Shown one piece after another: positions 50,903 to 64,000 of a stretch of 64,000 bases of DNA (position 1 is its first letter; each line of letters opens with the position of its first letter). Below the pieces are notes generated by a model. It was not told the origin of the DNA, ran no database searches, and saw nothing but the letters and a program-made list of their open reading frames with translations. The position numbers were made by a program, and so were the translations under genes. The stretch comes from Tubulanus polymorphus (lineage: Eukaryota; Animalia; Nemertea). The DNA is taken from assembly GCF_964204645.1 (NCBI RefSeq), contig NC_134028.1, positions 11,765,263-11,829,262 of the forward strand, written 5' to 3'.

Positions 50903-52286
50903 CAGAACCAAGTTTCATTACAATGTTTCTAAAGGACCTTGGATCCAGTAAGATCAACTGAACAGGGTTTATTTTGAAATAATTGATTCGTCCTGGGATT
51001 TGCAATAACATATTAAGACGAAATCTTGGTGCACAATACCACTGTAGTAAGCAACTATTATGATATTCATTAGCAATAGGTTTCCCCATACTCGATGGAA
51101 TGATACACGGCAGACCAATTAATACAATGTTTGTTCTATAAACATAGAACTTGGATGTTGAAGGGCTCTCCCAGTGATGACAAACAAGCATCGATTAGCA
51201 GCATGGGGATAAATTCATTAAAATTTTGCTCACTTTCTTCCAGTATCTGAATGGCTAAAAGTTGACTGGGGAAACTGTCCATATTATTTCCAACCCCTAT
51301 TTCCCTCCTAATGACAAAATATCAGGTATGTAAATCCAGTGGCTACAATTTGCCACCAAGAGGTAACAGAATTAGAAAGTTACCCTCAGCATTATTCTAG
51401 GATCAATAAATACATGTGACCCTCAAAACTAAAGAACTAGTACAGACTCATAACAAATATGAGCCCAAGAGCTGTGTTTTTCATTAAGAAAATTCCTCGC
51501 TCACGGTGCGTTCATATGCGCTTGTCCGGTGGGTCAGTGTTATTTTGAAATGCACTGATGAGAAATCTCAGAGATGAGAACGCCGACCTTTAAAATCCAC
51601 GGTTTTTTTCTTGAGTTACCCACGCGAACCAGCTGACGGCTTGCGAGCGCCGAAGGCGCAGTGCAATTTGGGGGGTTTGGGGGGCCCCCAAGAAAATTTT
51701 AGAAATCAAAAGCGTTTTCCGAGCACTTAGAGTGATCTTGAACTCATGAACGACTTTTATATTTTGGAAGGTAATGGGTATTTCCAATGTGGCATATTAC
51801 CTTTGATGACAATCAACATCTAATGCATTACGGGTCGAGCCCTGAATTATTGCAGTTAAATTGGGCTGGATGAATGAACACTAAAAATCATCACAGTGTA
51901 TAATATCTGAAGGCGTTCGCCACATATGCGACAGTAGTAGGCATATACTATACTACTGTTGCCGCGCGCTGAACAGGCGCTGAAACGCTTTCACTGTTCA
52001 CACACGACACTTGTCGAGTAAACCTGATAGAAACCACTGAGCCCTTCATGAGCCTCATGTCTAGAGTGTATAGAGTTCCGTAGTCAGGAACCATTTATCC
52101 GTGTCAGATCAACAGTGCTTGGTAGCGTGGCGCTTATAAAAGGCCGCGCATTCACGGACCAGGCTCTCTTGATCGTGGACCCGGACCTGGACCTCAGTTA
52201 TTCTCAGTTAACCTGGGTAAAGTATAATTTCCAAGACTTTCCTTCAGCAATTTAGGCTTATTCCATGTTAGGTATCATATACTATA

Positions 52287-53331
52287 CAGAGATGCTAGGG
52301 CCAAAGTACCAAAATTCCGGAATTTAGAACGGGGGTCTGGGGGCCTGATCAACTGCGGTGCCATCGAAAATGGTAATGAGTGTTCAGCCAGGAATGAAAC
52401 AGTCATTGCCTGTGCATTCGAAACTCTGTCAATCAGGCTGACTGGCCGTTTAGCTGTCTCGGTAACTGTTACTACATTTTCAATATTCGGAGCAGCTCCA
52501 TACGGGACGGATACTTTTCCTTGTGTCGATGTACTAGCGGCAGTATCACGATCGGCATCTTTCATCTTAAAATACGACGGCAGGCATTCGTTGTGCTTCA
52601 CATCCCTCGCTGCCTTCTTATGCCGCGCGCTATCCGGGTGACGAAGAATATCTTTTTTCCCACCACTACCGTATTTGACCTGGTCTTTACAAACAAAGCA
52701 GTACGCCACGCCAGCTAAGTCTAACTTACGAATGTGGTTCAATAAGTAGTCCCCGTTAATGTCCTTACACTCTAGCCAGTGCCAGTTTAATTTATTTTTT
52801 ATACCGCTGTCAATTGCCTTTATATCGGCCGACTCCCGACAGACAATCTTTCCGTGCGTGCTCATTTTGCAGACCGTCCCGCTTGACAGCTGCAGGCAAA
52901 AATAAAGTTACAAAGCTGCGTGCCTCAGGACACAGCACGCACGTGGTAATAATTAAGATGATATTTATTAAATATCATCTTAATTATTACCACGTGCATC
53001 TTCACATTGTTGGCCGTCAGCGGGACGATGTACAACGGCGCGTAAAGATAATTGACTTTTAATTGGAAATGGCGTCACAACAGTGGCGCTCCGCCTACGC
53101 ACGCACAGATACCACAACAAGCACACATATATACATTGTAGCAGAACGTCCTCGGAAACAGAGACCAAGATAAAATAACACAGAAGCGACAACGAGTACA
53201 AGCAAACGAACGCTTTTACGGTTCGTGCCATTACTGGTCGCCGTGAGGAACTTCCACCCAATTTCCGGAATTGACATCGGCGATCCTAAATTTCCGGAAT
53301 TCCGGATATTTCCGGAAAACTAGCATCTCTG
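52287..53331 (-). mobile_element. Internally deleted hAT-type transposon, TIR CAGAGATGCTAG, 6-bp TSD ACTATA
   Basis: ORF 52865-52345 with zinc finger AYCFVC..RH..RH and FLAEHSLPFS; ACTATA at 52281-52286 and 53332-53337. Confidence 0.88.
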
Positions 53332-53702
53332 ACTATATTATTTTCGGTCTTGTATATATTAATAATTTAGTAGTTAATATATTTAGTTTATCAAATTCCA
53401 TTTTCCTTTGATTATTTGCATTGTGTGACCAGTTAGTCAATCCAAATTCTATACACCTCAGAACATTTCACAAGTTAGTCAGAAAGGTATACAATTTGGG
53501 AACCTAAATAAAACACACTACAATGGCTATCATGGATACAGGCAACAATATTCAGAAATCAAATATGCCAGCACAAGGATGAAGGAAAGGATTACTGTTT
53601 ATCTTCTTTAGAATGATTTTGTAAATAGCTGTCCAAACAATTCAAACATTCTACCCAGTGAAACTGTATTCGTAGAATTTGTTTTATAAAGATTTAACAT
53701 AC

Positions 53703-53912
53703 CTCACTTTTGGTAGTTTGAACTTGATTGGTTGTTTGCCTGGAGACTTGCTGGGATCTGGAGCTTGTCCAAGCATGACAACTTCAGGAGTACCTCTTCC
53801 AGTTTCAATTTCATCGGATTCTTCCAATGGACTACTTTCTGATTCCCCAGCATATTCTGCCTCTTCTGGTACAACTGCTTCACGTAAAGATGTACTTCCA
53901 ACAGAAGGTTGC
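53703..53912 (-). CDS. Host-gene exon (QPSVGSTSLREAVVPEEAEYAGESESSPLEESDEIETGRGTPEVV..PSKSPGKQPIKFKLPKV)
   Basis: TAG acceptor, GTATGT donor, 210-nt open frame, phase 2-2, phase-compatible with exon 24609-24735. Confidence 0.65.
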
Positions 53913-54412
53913 CTATCATTATAAAATAGATTTTACTTAGTCAATGAAAGTCAAAAATGGCTTTCATAGTCTTAAACCAACCCAATTTGCTACAATCTGC
54001 TTACAGCAGACCTGCCAACAACTAAAACAGATTTGGAATAATTATGAGAGTAGTTTTTCTCTTAAAACAGGCCCGTTGGAAGTTAAAACCTTTTTGCTTG
54101 GCGTGGCCAGTTGCCGATTTTGCAAGATTTTGCACTTGATTTCTTCGAAACCATGGTATTCAAAGAAAAAGAAAAATCCAGTAAACTAGTGCCACGGCTT
54201 TCGACACTATATATATAATATCATTTTTGGCAAAAATCTCCTATGAATCGATAGCTATGATCCAGGTTCTTTGCATGCGGCTAGGCATACATACGCTCAT
54301 ACGAAGCGTCTTTTGCCGTTTGTCATTTGCGCTCATACAAATCTGCAGCACTATTGGCATAAGATTTTGTGCCATGAAAAAGCTGACTCACTCGTGGCCG
54401 CATAGGTAAACC

Positions 54413-55767
54413 AACTAGGGGTCCAGGGACACCATGCCCACTTGGGAAGCGGTTCCAAATGCTCAACAATCTAACATTTTCAATATTCAACGCCCCGTGA
54501 TTCAACGTGACCATATACAAAACCCAATGACCTTGAAACTCACCGTGATTCAACGTGACCATATACAAAACCCAATGACCTTGAAACTCACCACAATCAT
54601 AGAACATGTCAGCAGCTACGATTTTGTAATCGATTGTGATAACAAAATATGCCTAGGTACCAATATAATAAGGAAATACTAAGTTATTCTTTTATTCGTT
54701 ACCAATTTAATATGGAAATACTAAGCTATTCTACTATTCAACACCCCCTCGTGACCATATTCAAAACCCAATGGCCTTGAAACTCACCACAATCATAGAA
54801 CATGTCACGAACTATAACTTTGTAATTGATCATGGTAACAAAATATGCCTAGGTACCAATATAATAAGGAAATACTAAGTTATTCTTTTATTCAACGGCC
54901 CCTGGTGACCATATAGAATAACTAATGGCCTTAAAACTTGCCACAATCATAGATGATGTCATGAGCTACAATTTTGCAATTGATTGTGGTTACAAAATAT
55001 GCAATGATACGAATATAATATAGAAATACTAAGATATTGTATTATTCAACGCCCCCTGGTGGCTATATACAAAAACCAATGACCTTGAAACTCACCACAG
55101 TCATAGAACACGTTATGAGCTACAAGTTTCTTATCGATTGTGGTAACAAAATACGCTTAGGTATCAATATAATGTGGAAAAACTTTTTCCCACCTACGAA
55201 TGAGTACTGATGACACCAAGATGGCCACCAATTGCGTCATAATTGGCTCATCAAAAATACCTGTCTCAGGTATAAAACATCCCTTTTCAAAGAATACCCA
55301 TCACAAATTGCAATGAGAAATGGCAAACCAGTAGGGAGCTACAGGACTCAGAATTCGGGCCAAAATTGACATTTTTGGGCATAAAAAAGGTCATAGGACG
55401 GTCATCTTGAGTCCGATTGACCCAATTTTTGTTATGCTGATGGGCCCTGGGGGGATTCTCATACATCCGAAAGATCAAGGTAATTGATCAAAGCATCTTC
55501 AAAATTTCCGTCAAAAAGTTCAAAAATTTGTAAAAAGTGTTGATTTTGGCGAACAACAATGGCTGCCAGTCAGCCATCTTGATTCTGACAGGGCCAGTTT
55601 TTGGGCTGAAGATGTGTCTAGGGTAGATACACGTGTAACCCAAATATCAAGACATTACATTGAAGCTTCTTCAAAACTTCCCAAAATAACTGGATTCCGT
55701 CTACGGACGGACGGACGCTACGACGGACGAAAAGTGAACGCAATAGCCTGCTGGGACTAAAGTCCCA
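54413..55767 (-). mobile_element. HINE family 1 copy (~4 units, internal 41-bp duplication, terminal bases lost)
   Basis: Same termini and body as 19236-20506. Confidence 0.85.
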
Positions 55768-56451
55768 CTGCACCATGAAATTTTGATGAAAATCAGTCAA
55801 TTGACACAATCGCCACACGCAGTCTACATGCAGTAATCATATACAACTGAATGATTCATTGTGAATCTATGTGGTAGTGGGTTTTCCCCAATGACTCAAA
55901 TACATTCCATACTCGAACCCTATTGTATTTGAACGCTTCGTGGTGGTAGTAAACATCTACCAGGTGGTGCTCCGGTAGATTTTGTGAGTGAATTTACAAC
56001 TTTTATGAACTTTTGACAAGTTTTGCCGGAAAACCAAATTGAAGACTAAGGCAGTGAAGCGAAAAGATAATATTCAATTGAATTCCAACGGCGCGAATGG
56101 CTCTGATATGGACTGAGGAGAGTATTCAAGGATTTTAACCCTGCAAGGCCCAAAAATCAATTTTCAAGACCTAAGTGCTAAACTCAAGGCTTTTATTTTT
56201 GATAATTCAAGGATTTCAAGTCCCACTACGAGCCCTGCTAGGTAACCCCAATTCTACTTGAGATGAATACTATGAAAGTTATACAATTTATTGAATATCA
56301 AGACTATAAAACCTGTGGATATTTTCTTCAAAAACATTTTTCTATTCATAAATTGGCTGCCAATTGTGTAACGCTTGACTTGTCAAAGAATCTGTCTGAC
56401 ATGTTTGAGAGCCTTCGTCAAAGTATAACCGTCAATAATTTCAAGGAAAAT

Positions 56452-59400
56452 CAGGGTTCATAGCCTCCAGGCCCAACTTAATTTAAGTACTTTCAAGGAC
56501 CTATTTCAACAAAATTCAAGTACTATTTTCTGAAAAATACCATATAAACACTAGTATTTAAGGTGAATTTATTGCAATGAAAATTCCTTAATTGCAGAAA
56601 TTTAAAAGAAGTACAAACGCAAATCATCATAAAGAAACATCCACGTGTAGCAGAGCACTTGATAACTTTGGAATCTTTCAGCTTTATTTTAAGAAAGATT
56701 TACTACATGTATCAGAAATTAATAACTTTAAAACAAGAAATCTGTGGGCCTTTCAACGGAACTACAGGTAGACCTCGCCATCAAAAAGCCATACTATCGA
56801 AAGCAAAAATAACAAAATTATACAAAATCAAATTACAGCTCATCGACCTATTTACAATCGATTAATTTGCTCCTTTTGAGTTTCGATGGCTGAAATTACA
56901 TCGGCCAACTCATGTGATTTGTCTTTAGCCGAATTTCTCATGGTCACAGATTTTAAAATGAGCTCATGAGTTTCACTTTGTTTGCGAGATTTTAAACTTT
57001 CATCAGCCAATGAATCAGCAGAGGCGTTCAGACTATTAATATCAGTTTCCAGGCATTGTTTTTCGCAGTAAGCTCATTCAATTTCTGTTCCTTTCTTGCG
57101 CTTTAAATCTTTATCTGATAACTGAGTGGGAGCTTGCTCCTTGAGAAAGTCTTTGTAACAACTATGCGCTGATCCAGCATGTGTTACCAGCTCAGGGGGA
57201 ATCGGAACTTTTGTGACATCACCATCAAAACTAAGTACGTGATCACAAATGAGCCTTTGAGCTCTGTAGGTCATTTCAGCCATATTATCCCTTTCCACCT
57301 GCCGGTTTATGGAAAACCCTCTTACAACAGAGGCTTGACCATGCGATAAAAGCAGTAGGTTTTTCACAACATTCCACAATTTTGGGAATTGGGAAGTGTT
57401 TATTCCCATGTGCATTAAAAGAAACTGATCCAAATAGTCTTTTAACCTATCAAATGAACTAAATGATGACTTATTCTTATTAACATAGACAAAGTACTCA
57501 TCAAAGCTGCTTAGAATGTCATCACAGTCCTGTTCTTTCACAGGCTTGTTTGTTACTAATATTGTAAGGATACGTTTAAACTCTTTTTTACACACATCCT
57601 GATTGTTAGCTAAACGCACTGGATCAAGGCACTGAATATTTCTTACAATACCATATTTTATGGGTGCTTGCAGTAGTAATTTTTTCAGAAGAGCAATAAC
57701 AAAGTTACAAAACTCACTGCGGAATTCTAGAATTTGACGTTCAGATATTTTTTTTGTGGCAGTCAATTCACGCAGCTTTGTTTCAGCACTAAAGCCCACC
57801 TCAATTTTGGAATGACGGACATGACTCTCAGTATTGGACAGGTCAATCTCAAGAAGCTTGAGTATAGAGTCTGCATCATCAACAACACTGGATTTGATAA
57901 TACGTTTCATAAGTCTCCGAACAAGATCGGACAAATCTCCTGCCATAAAAGGCAACATAGGGCTGTCTGATTGATACATTGTCATGAATGGAGTTGTTCG
58001 TTTTGCTACGGAGAGAAATGCTTGAAGGCGCGGAATGGTCATGGAGTGTGATGCAGCATTTTTTACAACTTGATATGAATTACATGTTGGTTGTGAAGCT
58101 CTCTTCAACTTAGTCTCAACCCATTCTACATACTGTTGAACAGCAGGCCAAATATGTATGGCATGTTCGGCGGCGGGGGCGTTTTCTAACCATCTGTAAA
58201 AAGTATTGACAAAAAATATGGCATCAAACATTAATCATTGAATAAGGTCACATGAATAACTGTATTTAATGGATTCCAGAAACAGCACTAATTTCACCAA
58301 CACTGGTGTTAAAAGAATGCAGCTTATTTTAATACTGGTATAAATGTGGGTGTGGAAGGCACTGACACTAAAATAAACACTAGGGCACTATTATTATAAG
58401 CTGCCTTTCAATAATGCAGCATTAGATTTTCTTGCCGTATCCGACAGGTTAGTTCATGAATGAGTTAAACTTCTGCTCTGGATTGAAGATGAGGGAAGAC
58501 ATACCTGTGACGACAGAATTTCTTTGGAAATACCGTTGAATGCTTCATGCAATCCTCCCTTCTTGCAGGAGCATCTTTAAATAACATATAAAGGCTGGTC
58601 AAGAGAGATTCAATATTCCATTTCGATGTTTCTGACCCAGACTTGAATGCATTGTTGAGAATATGCAATCCACATGATCCTATGTTTAACAACCCAGAAT
58701 CAACAATATACTCATCTTTCAAATAGTTACTGAGTTTATCATAAAAACACCAATTTACGCTCGGACCGTCCATGGACAATTGATACAGTTCAGAATAATT
58801 CAAATCAAACTCTGCCGTGAACGCGTTTAACATATCAGCTGCCGTAGCATGTCCAATGAAAGCTGATCCATAGTCATGCGAAATAACTTTGCCTTCATCC
58901 CATGAACGAAACATAACATCTAACTGCTTTGACTGTGTTCTTTTGTTGAGCGATTCATCAAATAACAAGACGTAGGGACCTTCTCCTATTTTGTTCTTAA
59001 TCAGGTCCTTAAGATACGGATAAATTCCGAAATTTACCAGATAAGACACCTTTCTCTCGCTAAAGATAAATTTGTCCGCAATTTCTGAATCTGGAAACAT
59101 GTACTTGAAAACGCTTGGGGAACGTTCACATGACTTAAAGGAATAATGTCTATAGACAACATTCAGCGCCCAAACTATTTCAGCCCGCAGTACATTTTCT
59201 TTGGTCAGAAAATTATCTAAACTGTGGCTGGTATGCCCACTGACTGCAGCTGGTTCTGAGGCTGTCGAAGAAGCTCTGAAATGTATAAAATTGAAAAGCT
59301 TTTCTTGCTCATTTCAATCACCAAAGCTAAAAGAAGCAGCCTCACTTCATTCAAAGTTAATCTCAGGAGCGCGATTTAACGACAAAAACCTTGGTAGAAA

Positions 59401-60144
59401 TTTTGAATATTTTTTGCGTTCAAAAGTAGTGATAAACCAATGGAATGGATTGAATATTATGATCACAATGGCCTGTAATTGCTAATAAGAAATATCCGAT
59501 CAATTGTTTAGACCTAACCACAACAGAAGAGAGAAGTTTTCATAAACTTACCTGTTGTTGTTACTATCTTTATTGTTTTCAAAAAAAGCTGATAGCTTCG
59601 TCGTTTTAGATATTGCTGCCCCACCAGTTTGATGTTTTCTTGAAACCGCGTGACTCATTAGAGCCGCTTCTCCCATCGAAGATATGTCAATGGTTTTGGC
59701 GCATATCTTGCACCTAGCTTCTGTTGAAATTGGTCTTGAAGTATTTTGTTTGTTTATTTCATCACAACGGCATTTGTATATACGCAGCGCGCGATAGCGG
59801 TAGTGCCGCCACGTGTCTACTAATAGATTTGTATACGCATTGTCAGCAGTGAGCCACGTGCCTAATACATTTGTACTGTATATATACACAAGTCAGCAGT
59901 ATATACGAGTCTATAGCACGCCGACAGTACAGAGTCACAGCACTCTCACATGTGGTTGGCAGTGCGCGGGCGTATTGAAGTCAATACAACAAACTAATTG
60001 ACAAAATTTGGACAACATTAAAAATTCAAGGACTTCCAATGATTTATACTGAAATTTTGAAAATTCAAGCATTTTCAAGGCCTTGAAAACGCATTTAGCG
60101 ATTCAAGCACTATTAAGCACTTTCCAGGATCGCTACGAACCCTG
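56452..60144 (-). mobile_element. Complete but mutated hAT-type (hAT5-like) transposon with 5-bp TSD AAAAT, inserted in an old HINE
   Basis: TIRs CAGGGTTCATAGC / GCTACGAACCCTG; spliced transposase with CKIC..H..H finger, MFPDSEIA, LLFDESLN, SMDGP, GSCGLH, HR-WLEN and LSHGQASV.RGFS; flanks rejoin to HINE family 1 sequence. Confidence 0.9.
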
Positions 60145-61661
60145 AAAATTTGCAAACTGTTCGGAAGCTACAGGCCTCGGAATTCAGGGCAAAATGACCT
60201 TTTTGACCAGAAAAAAAGGTCACACGATGGCCAGCATGTGTCTGATCGACCAAATATTTCCCATGGGGGATACAAACATATGCGAAAGTTAAGGATAATT
60301 GATCGAAGTGTTTTCAAAATTTCCCTTGAAAACTTCACAAATGTGTAACAACAGCAGCCTGTCGGGTGAAAAAGATCTAGGGGTCTATATCAACATAGTC
60401 TATTATCCAGATAGAAGATCAATAGAAAATTTAGAAGAGATCTAGCCCACAGATCACTGGTACCAAGTTTTAGTGCAGGACTAGTAACCGAAGATCTGCT
60501 GACATCTTTCAGGAGTGTGGAACTGCTCTATCAATGAAATAATTAATGTGATGATTAACATAATATGAGTAATGATATCGATACCTGATATTTGTGTACT
60601 GTACTTCTTCATTGTTTGTGTTGATGAGATCGAGTGTATTGTTATAAGACTGAATAAAGTATCTTGAATCTTGGTACAAAGTTTAATCTTGATCCAATTA
60701 AAACTTATGACAAGAAACGATTCATAGAAATATGGGCCCCAGGCTCTAGGGTTACCACAATTCCATGTAAGGAGATGTGTCCTATGACAATGCTGACACT
60801 CATCAACAAGACTATAAGTTAAAACCTGTTGGAATTTTACAATTACTCAAAAATTACAATTTTGTTCAAAAATTGGTATTTACGAGGAATACTTACCTGG
60901 GAAAATACACTATAGCCATATTGCTTTTGGCTAGGCAGATAACGCCCGAATCGACTTTTGGTAGGGGCGCTGTAACATAGCGCCATCTGGCGAGACGCCA
61001 TCATCTTTTTGCGCCAATAATCCCTCAATCGCCTGGGGGACGGCTGGGTGGGAATACCCGTGTATTTTCCCAAGTAAGTATTCCTCGTAAATACCAATTC
61101 TTGAACAAAATTGTAATATTTACTTCGAATACATTCCCTGGGAAAATACACTATAGCCAGAATCCCAAAGAATGGAGGAGGGAGGCGACCAAAAGTCGAT
61201 TTAAATTCTCTACACTTACACTCACCCTAAAACTCACTGCAGAAAACCGCAACAAACCCCAGGTGAGCCAGTGGAAAACCAAAAATCAGGGAGCTACCGT
61301 GCTGCTTCCTTTTCAGTTCCTAACTGTACTGGTAGATAATAACATGCCTATTATGACCCTGTTACGTTTGAGTCGAAAAAAGGAAATCAAACAACCCGGT
61401 GTCAACTGACTCCCGGATACCTTAGTAAGGCACTGACTGCCATAACCTCGATATTAACCTAAACCAGTAGGTAAAAAACTTAAACTCTAGACGCAGCCTT
61501 GCCCAGGCTATATAAATGAAATCATGATTCATGTCTAAACTTAATACCTATAACAAAAGGGACCCTTACCACTAACTGTCTTAAGGTAACCTAGGCCCTG
61601 TAAAAGATGCCCACAACTTATATACATCAACTTTCTTATAGCTGAATACAGAAGAAACCCT

Positions 61662-62707
61662 TTAATCCCCAGGACCTGGTTTAAAAATGTCTAACTGGGC
61701 CCGATGTTTTTTGGGTTTTTGTACGCTTATTCGCTGTGCAGTAACAATTGGACCCAACGTGGACAGTGAGCCTAACTGTCCAGAAACGTCCTTCAAATAA
61801 AATGACGAGAAGGTAGGAGACGTCCAGAAGGCTGACCGACAAACCTGTTCCAAGGAAGCCCCCGTGAATAATGACCAGGATATGGCTAATGCCCTCACCT
61901 GATGAGAATGTATCCCGAGCGGAGCCTGGGCCCCCTGAGAATGCAGAGTTTCTTTAATTAAAGATACAATCCATCTAGCGATTGTGTCCCTTGAGATATC
62001 TCTCTTATCCCCTTGTCGGAGAGGAATAAAGAGCCTCTCCCTATCTTGTCTGTGGGGAAGTGTCCTCTCTAGGTACTCCTTTAAAGCTCTTACTGGACAG
62101 AGCGACGTATCAGGAAGATCGTGAGATACCCTATGCGTCAAAGCCTCGATCTTCCAAGATCTGGCTGCTACGGAAGCCTTTTGATTCTTGGCAATGAAAC
62201 TAAGACCAGGCCTTAAAATGACAAACCTATCTTGTGGACCAAAGGAAATATGACCCGGACGCATCGATAAAGCATCGAACGCCTCGCGGCCATCGCTAAG
62301 AACAGTAAGAACACCGTTTTCTTAGATAAGTCTGACAGGGTAGTATTGCGGATAGGCTCGAAGGGAGTGATCATAAGTGCTCTAAGAACCACTGTTAAGT
62401 CCCATGGCGGGATATCTGAAACCTGTTTGGGTCTCTTAACCCCAAAACCTGATATCAATTGAGCTATTTTCACATCCTCCGTCACTACAGGGACGCCCGC
62501 TGAACGAAAAGTATGCCCTATTGCTGATCTGTAGCCTTTAATGGTTATAACCTGTCTATTCTTCTCTTCGAACAGGAAATAGAAAAAATCTATTAACTCT
62601 GACACAGAGGGGTGGAGAGAATCCACCGCTCTCCTATTACACCAATCGGAGTAACATTCCCACTTGGAATCGTACAATGCTCCGGTAGAGGGACGTTTGG
62701 ATTCCAC
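61662..62707 (-). pseudogene. DIRS tyrosine recombinase, frameshifted at ~62270
   Basis: RPSTGALYDSKW, TIKGYRSAI, PPWDL, LAMAARRS; LCPVRAL, HQVRALAISW, FSSFY. Confidence 0.88.
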
Positions 62708-62780
62708 GATAAATCTGGCTGCCCCCGAAGAAATTCCTTGGTTTGAAAGCTGTCGCTTGACAATGGCCAGGCGTGTAGAT

Positions 62781-63965
62781 TCAATTGGAATTGATTTGGG
62801 TGTAACTTGACCGTCCCTGGGACAGTAACCCGGGGTAATTGGGCAGAGTGCGAGGGAAGTCCACCAGTAGATGCAGGAGTCTGAAGAACCATGTCTGAGT
62901 CGGCCAACAGGGAGCCACTAAGACCACTTGACAGTTGACTGCCCCCTCTATCTTCTCCAACACTCGATTGAGTAGGGGAGTGGGGGGAAAGGCATAAGCC
63001 AGCAGGTTGTCCCAACTCAGAGATAGAGCGTCCACCCCCCACGCCAAGTCGTCTTGAAATGGGGACACAAACACCGGACACCTCGTGTTGAAGCGAGTGG
63101 CAAACAGGTCCACGTTCGGACTTCCCATCAGGGCCCGGACTTGATTGGCTACCCTGACTGCCAATGTCCACTCGGTGGCTACTGGCTTGTCTTGGCGAGA
63201 CAGAGCGTCGGCCACCACATTCAGGCTGCCCGCCAGGTGAGAAACCGAAAGAATCATCCCTTGAGCCTGGACCCAGGTCAGAATCTGAGCTGCTAAGTTG
63301 GATAATGTTGGGGACCTGGTCCCCCCCTGGTTGAGCAAATAAGCCTTTACTGTGGAGTTGTCCGTTGACAGCCACACATGATGACCCCCTAACCTCCTTT
63401 TGAAGTGTTTGAAGGCCTTTTGAACCGCTAACAGTTCCAGGTGATTTATGTGGAGATGAGCCTCTGCTCGAGACCAGTTCCCGGCTTTCTGAAAACCTTC
63501 TACATGTGCTCCCCAGCCCTGATGGCTGGCATCCGTGAATAGATGAATCGGGGCCTTCAAAGGTGCTAGGGAGGTGCCTCTTGTCAAGTTCTGCGCGAGA
63601 GTCCACCACTCGAGGTCGGGGATTAGGTTCACCGGTGGTACCGGCAATAAGGTATCCCACTCTTCCCCTACCGATCTCCAAGCTTGCTTCCAGAATCTTT
63701 GAAGAGAACGGCTGTGTAAACGACCGAGCGTAACTACGGGTGCAACGGAACTCATCTGGCCCAAAACCTGGGACCAGGACCGAGCCGATCTGGGCGCCCC
63801 CGTCAGGAGACCGAGAACTGCCTCCCTCAGCTTCTGAACTCTGGCCTGTGCTGGTCTGACTAAGGCCTGCGTCAGGTCGAAGTGCATACCTAGGTACGTG
63901 AACCTTTGAGAGGGGGTCAACTGGGACTTCTCTAAATTCACTATGAAACCTAATTGACGGATCAA
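62781..63965 (-). CDS. DIRS RT C-terminus, RNase H and adenine-methyltransferase-like domain
   Basis: LGFIVNLEKS..YLG; FTDASHQGWGA, HINHLELLAV, TDN, NVVADALSR; DLFA, YAFPP, VAPCWPTQTWF. Confidence 0.9.
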   Translation of the reverse strand: MIRQLGFIVNLEKSQLTPSQRFTYLGMHFDLTQALVRPAQARVQKLREAVLGLLTGAPRSARSWSQVLGQMSSVAPVVTLGRLHSRSLQRFWKQAWRSVGEEWDTLLPVPPVNLIPDLEWWTLAQNLTRGTSLAPLKAPIHLFTDASHQGWGAHVEGFQKAGNWSRAEAHLHINHLELLAVQKAFKHFKRRLGGHHVWLSTDNSTVKAYLLNQGGTRSPTLSNLAAQILTWVQAQGMILSVSHLAGSLNVVADALSRQDKPVATEWTLAVRVANQVRALMGSPNVDLFATRFNTRCPVFVSPFQDDLAWGVDALSLSWDNLLAYAFPPTPLLNRVLEKIEGAVNCQVVLVAPCWPTQTWFFRLLHLLVDFPRTLPNYPGLLSQGRSSYTQINSN

Positions 63966-64000
63966 TGCCAGTGTCTTGTCTAAGGCTTCCTTGCACTCTG

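Larger units (their letters stand above)
60853..64000 (-). mobile_element. DIRS-like tyrosine-recombinase retrotransposon (3' half, continues beyond window)
   Basis: RT/RNase H/MT ORF, YR ORF, and terminal inverted repeat 60853-60912 complementary to 61060-61118 plus a direct copy at ~61137-61159 (ICR-like). Confidence 0.92.

Overview
AT-rich eukaryotic DNA, most likely from a marine invertebrate (inferred from the TE families and spliceosomal introns). The window appears to be mostly intronic space of a minus-strand host gene, of which three short acidic/low-complexity exons can be supported. It is packed with nested transposable elements: many Helentron-associated (HINE/DINE-1-like) elements with tandem-repeat cores, an intron-containing KDZ (Kyakuja-like) DNA transposon with an 8-bp TSD, Penelope-like fragments with hammerhead ribozyme motifs, L2 and near full-length CR1 LINEs, an LTR remnant, hAT-type elements and MITEs with 5- and 6-bp TSDs, Harbinger derivatives and the 3' half of a DIRS-like tyrosine-recombinase retrotransposon. 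The most novel-looking item is the KDZ transposon (13001-18555). It carries a second, convergent ORF resembling the NRF1/Ewg DNA-binding domain and has periodic palindromic ACTCGGCCGAGT arrays at both ends. Other items of note are a 450-bp foldback with two hammerhead ribozymes and HINE arrays carrying CTCF-like motifs every ~154 bp. All family assignments come from motif recognition by eye; no database searches were run.
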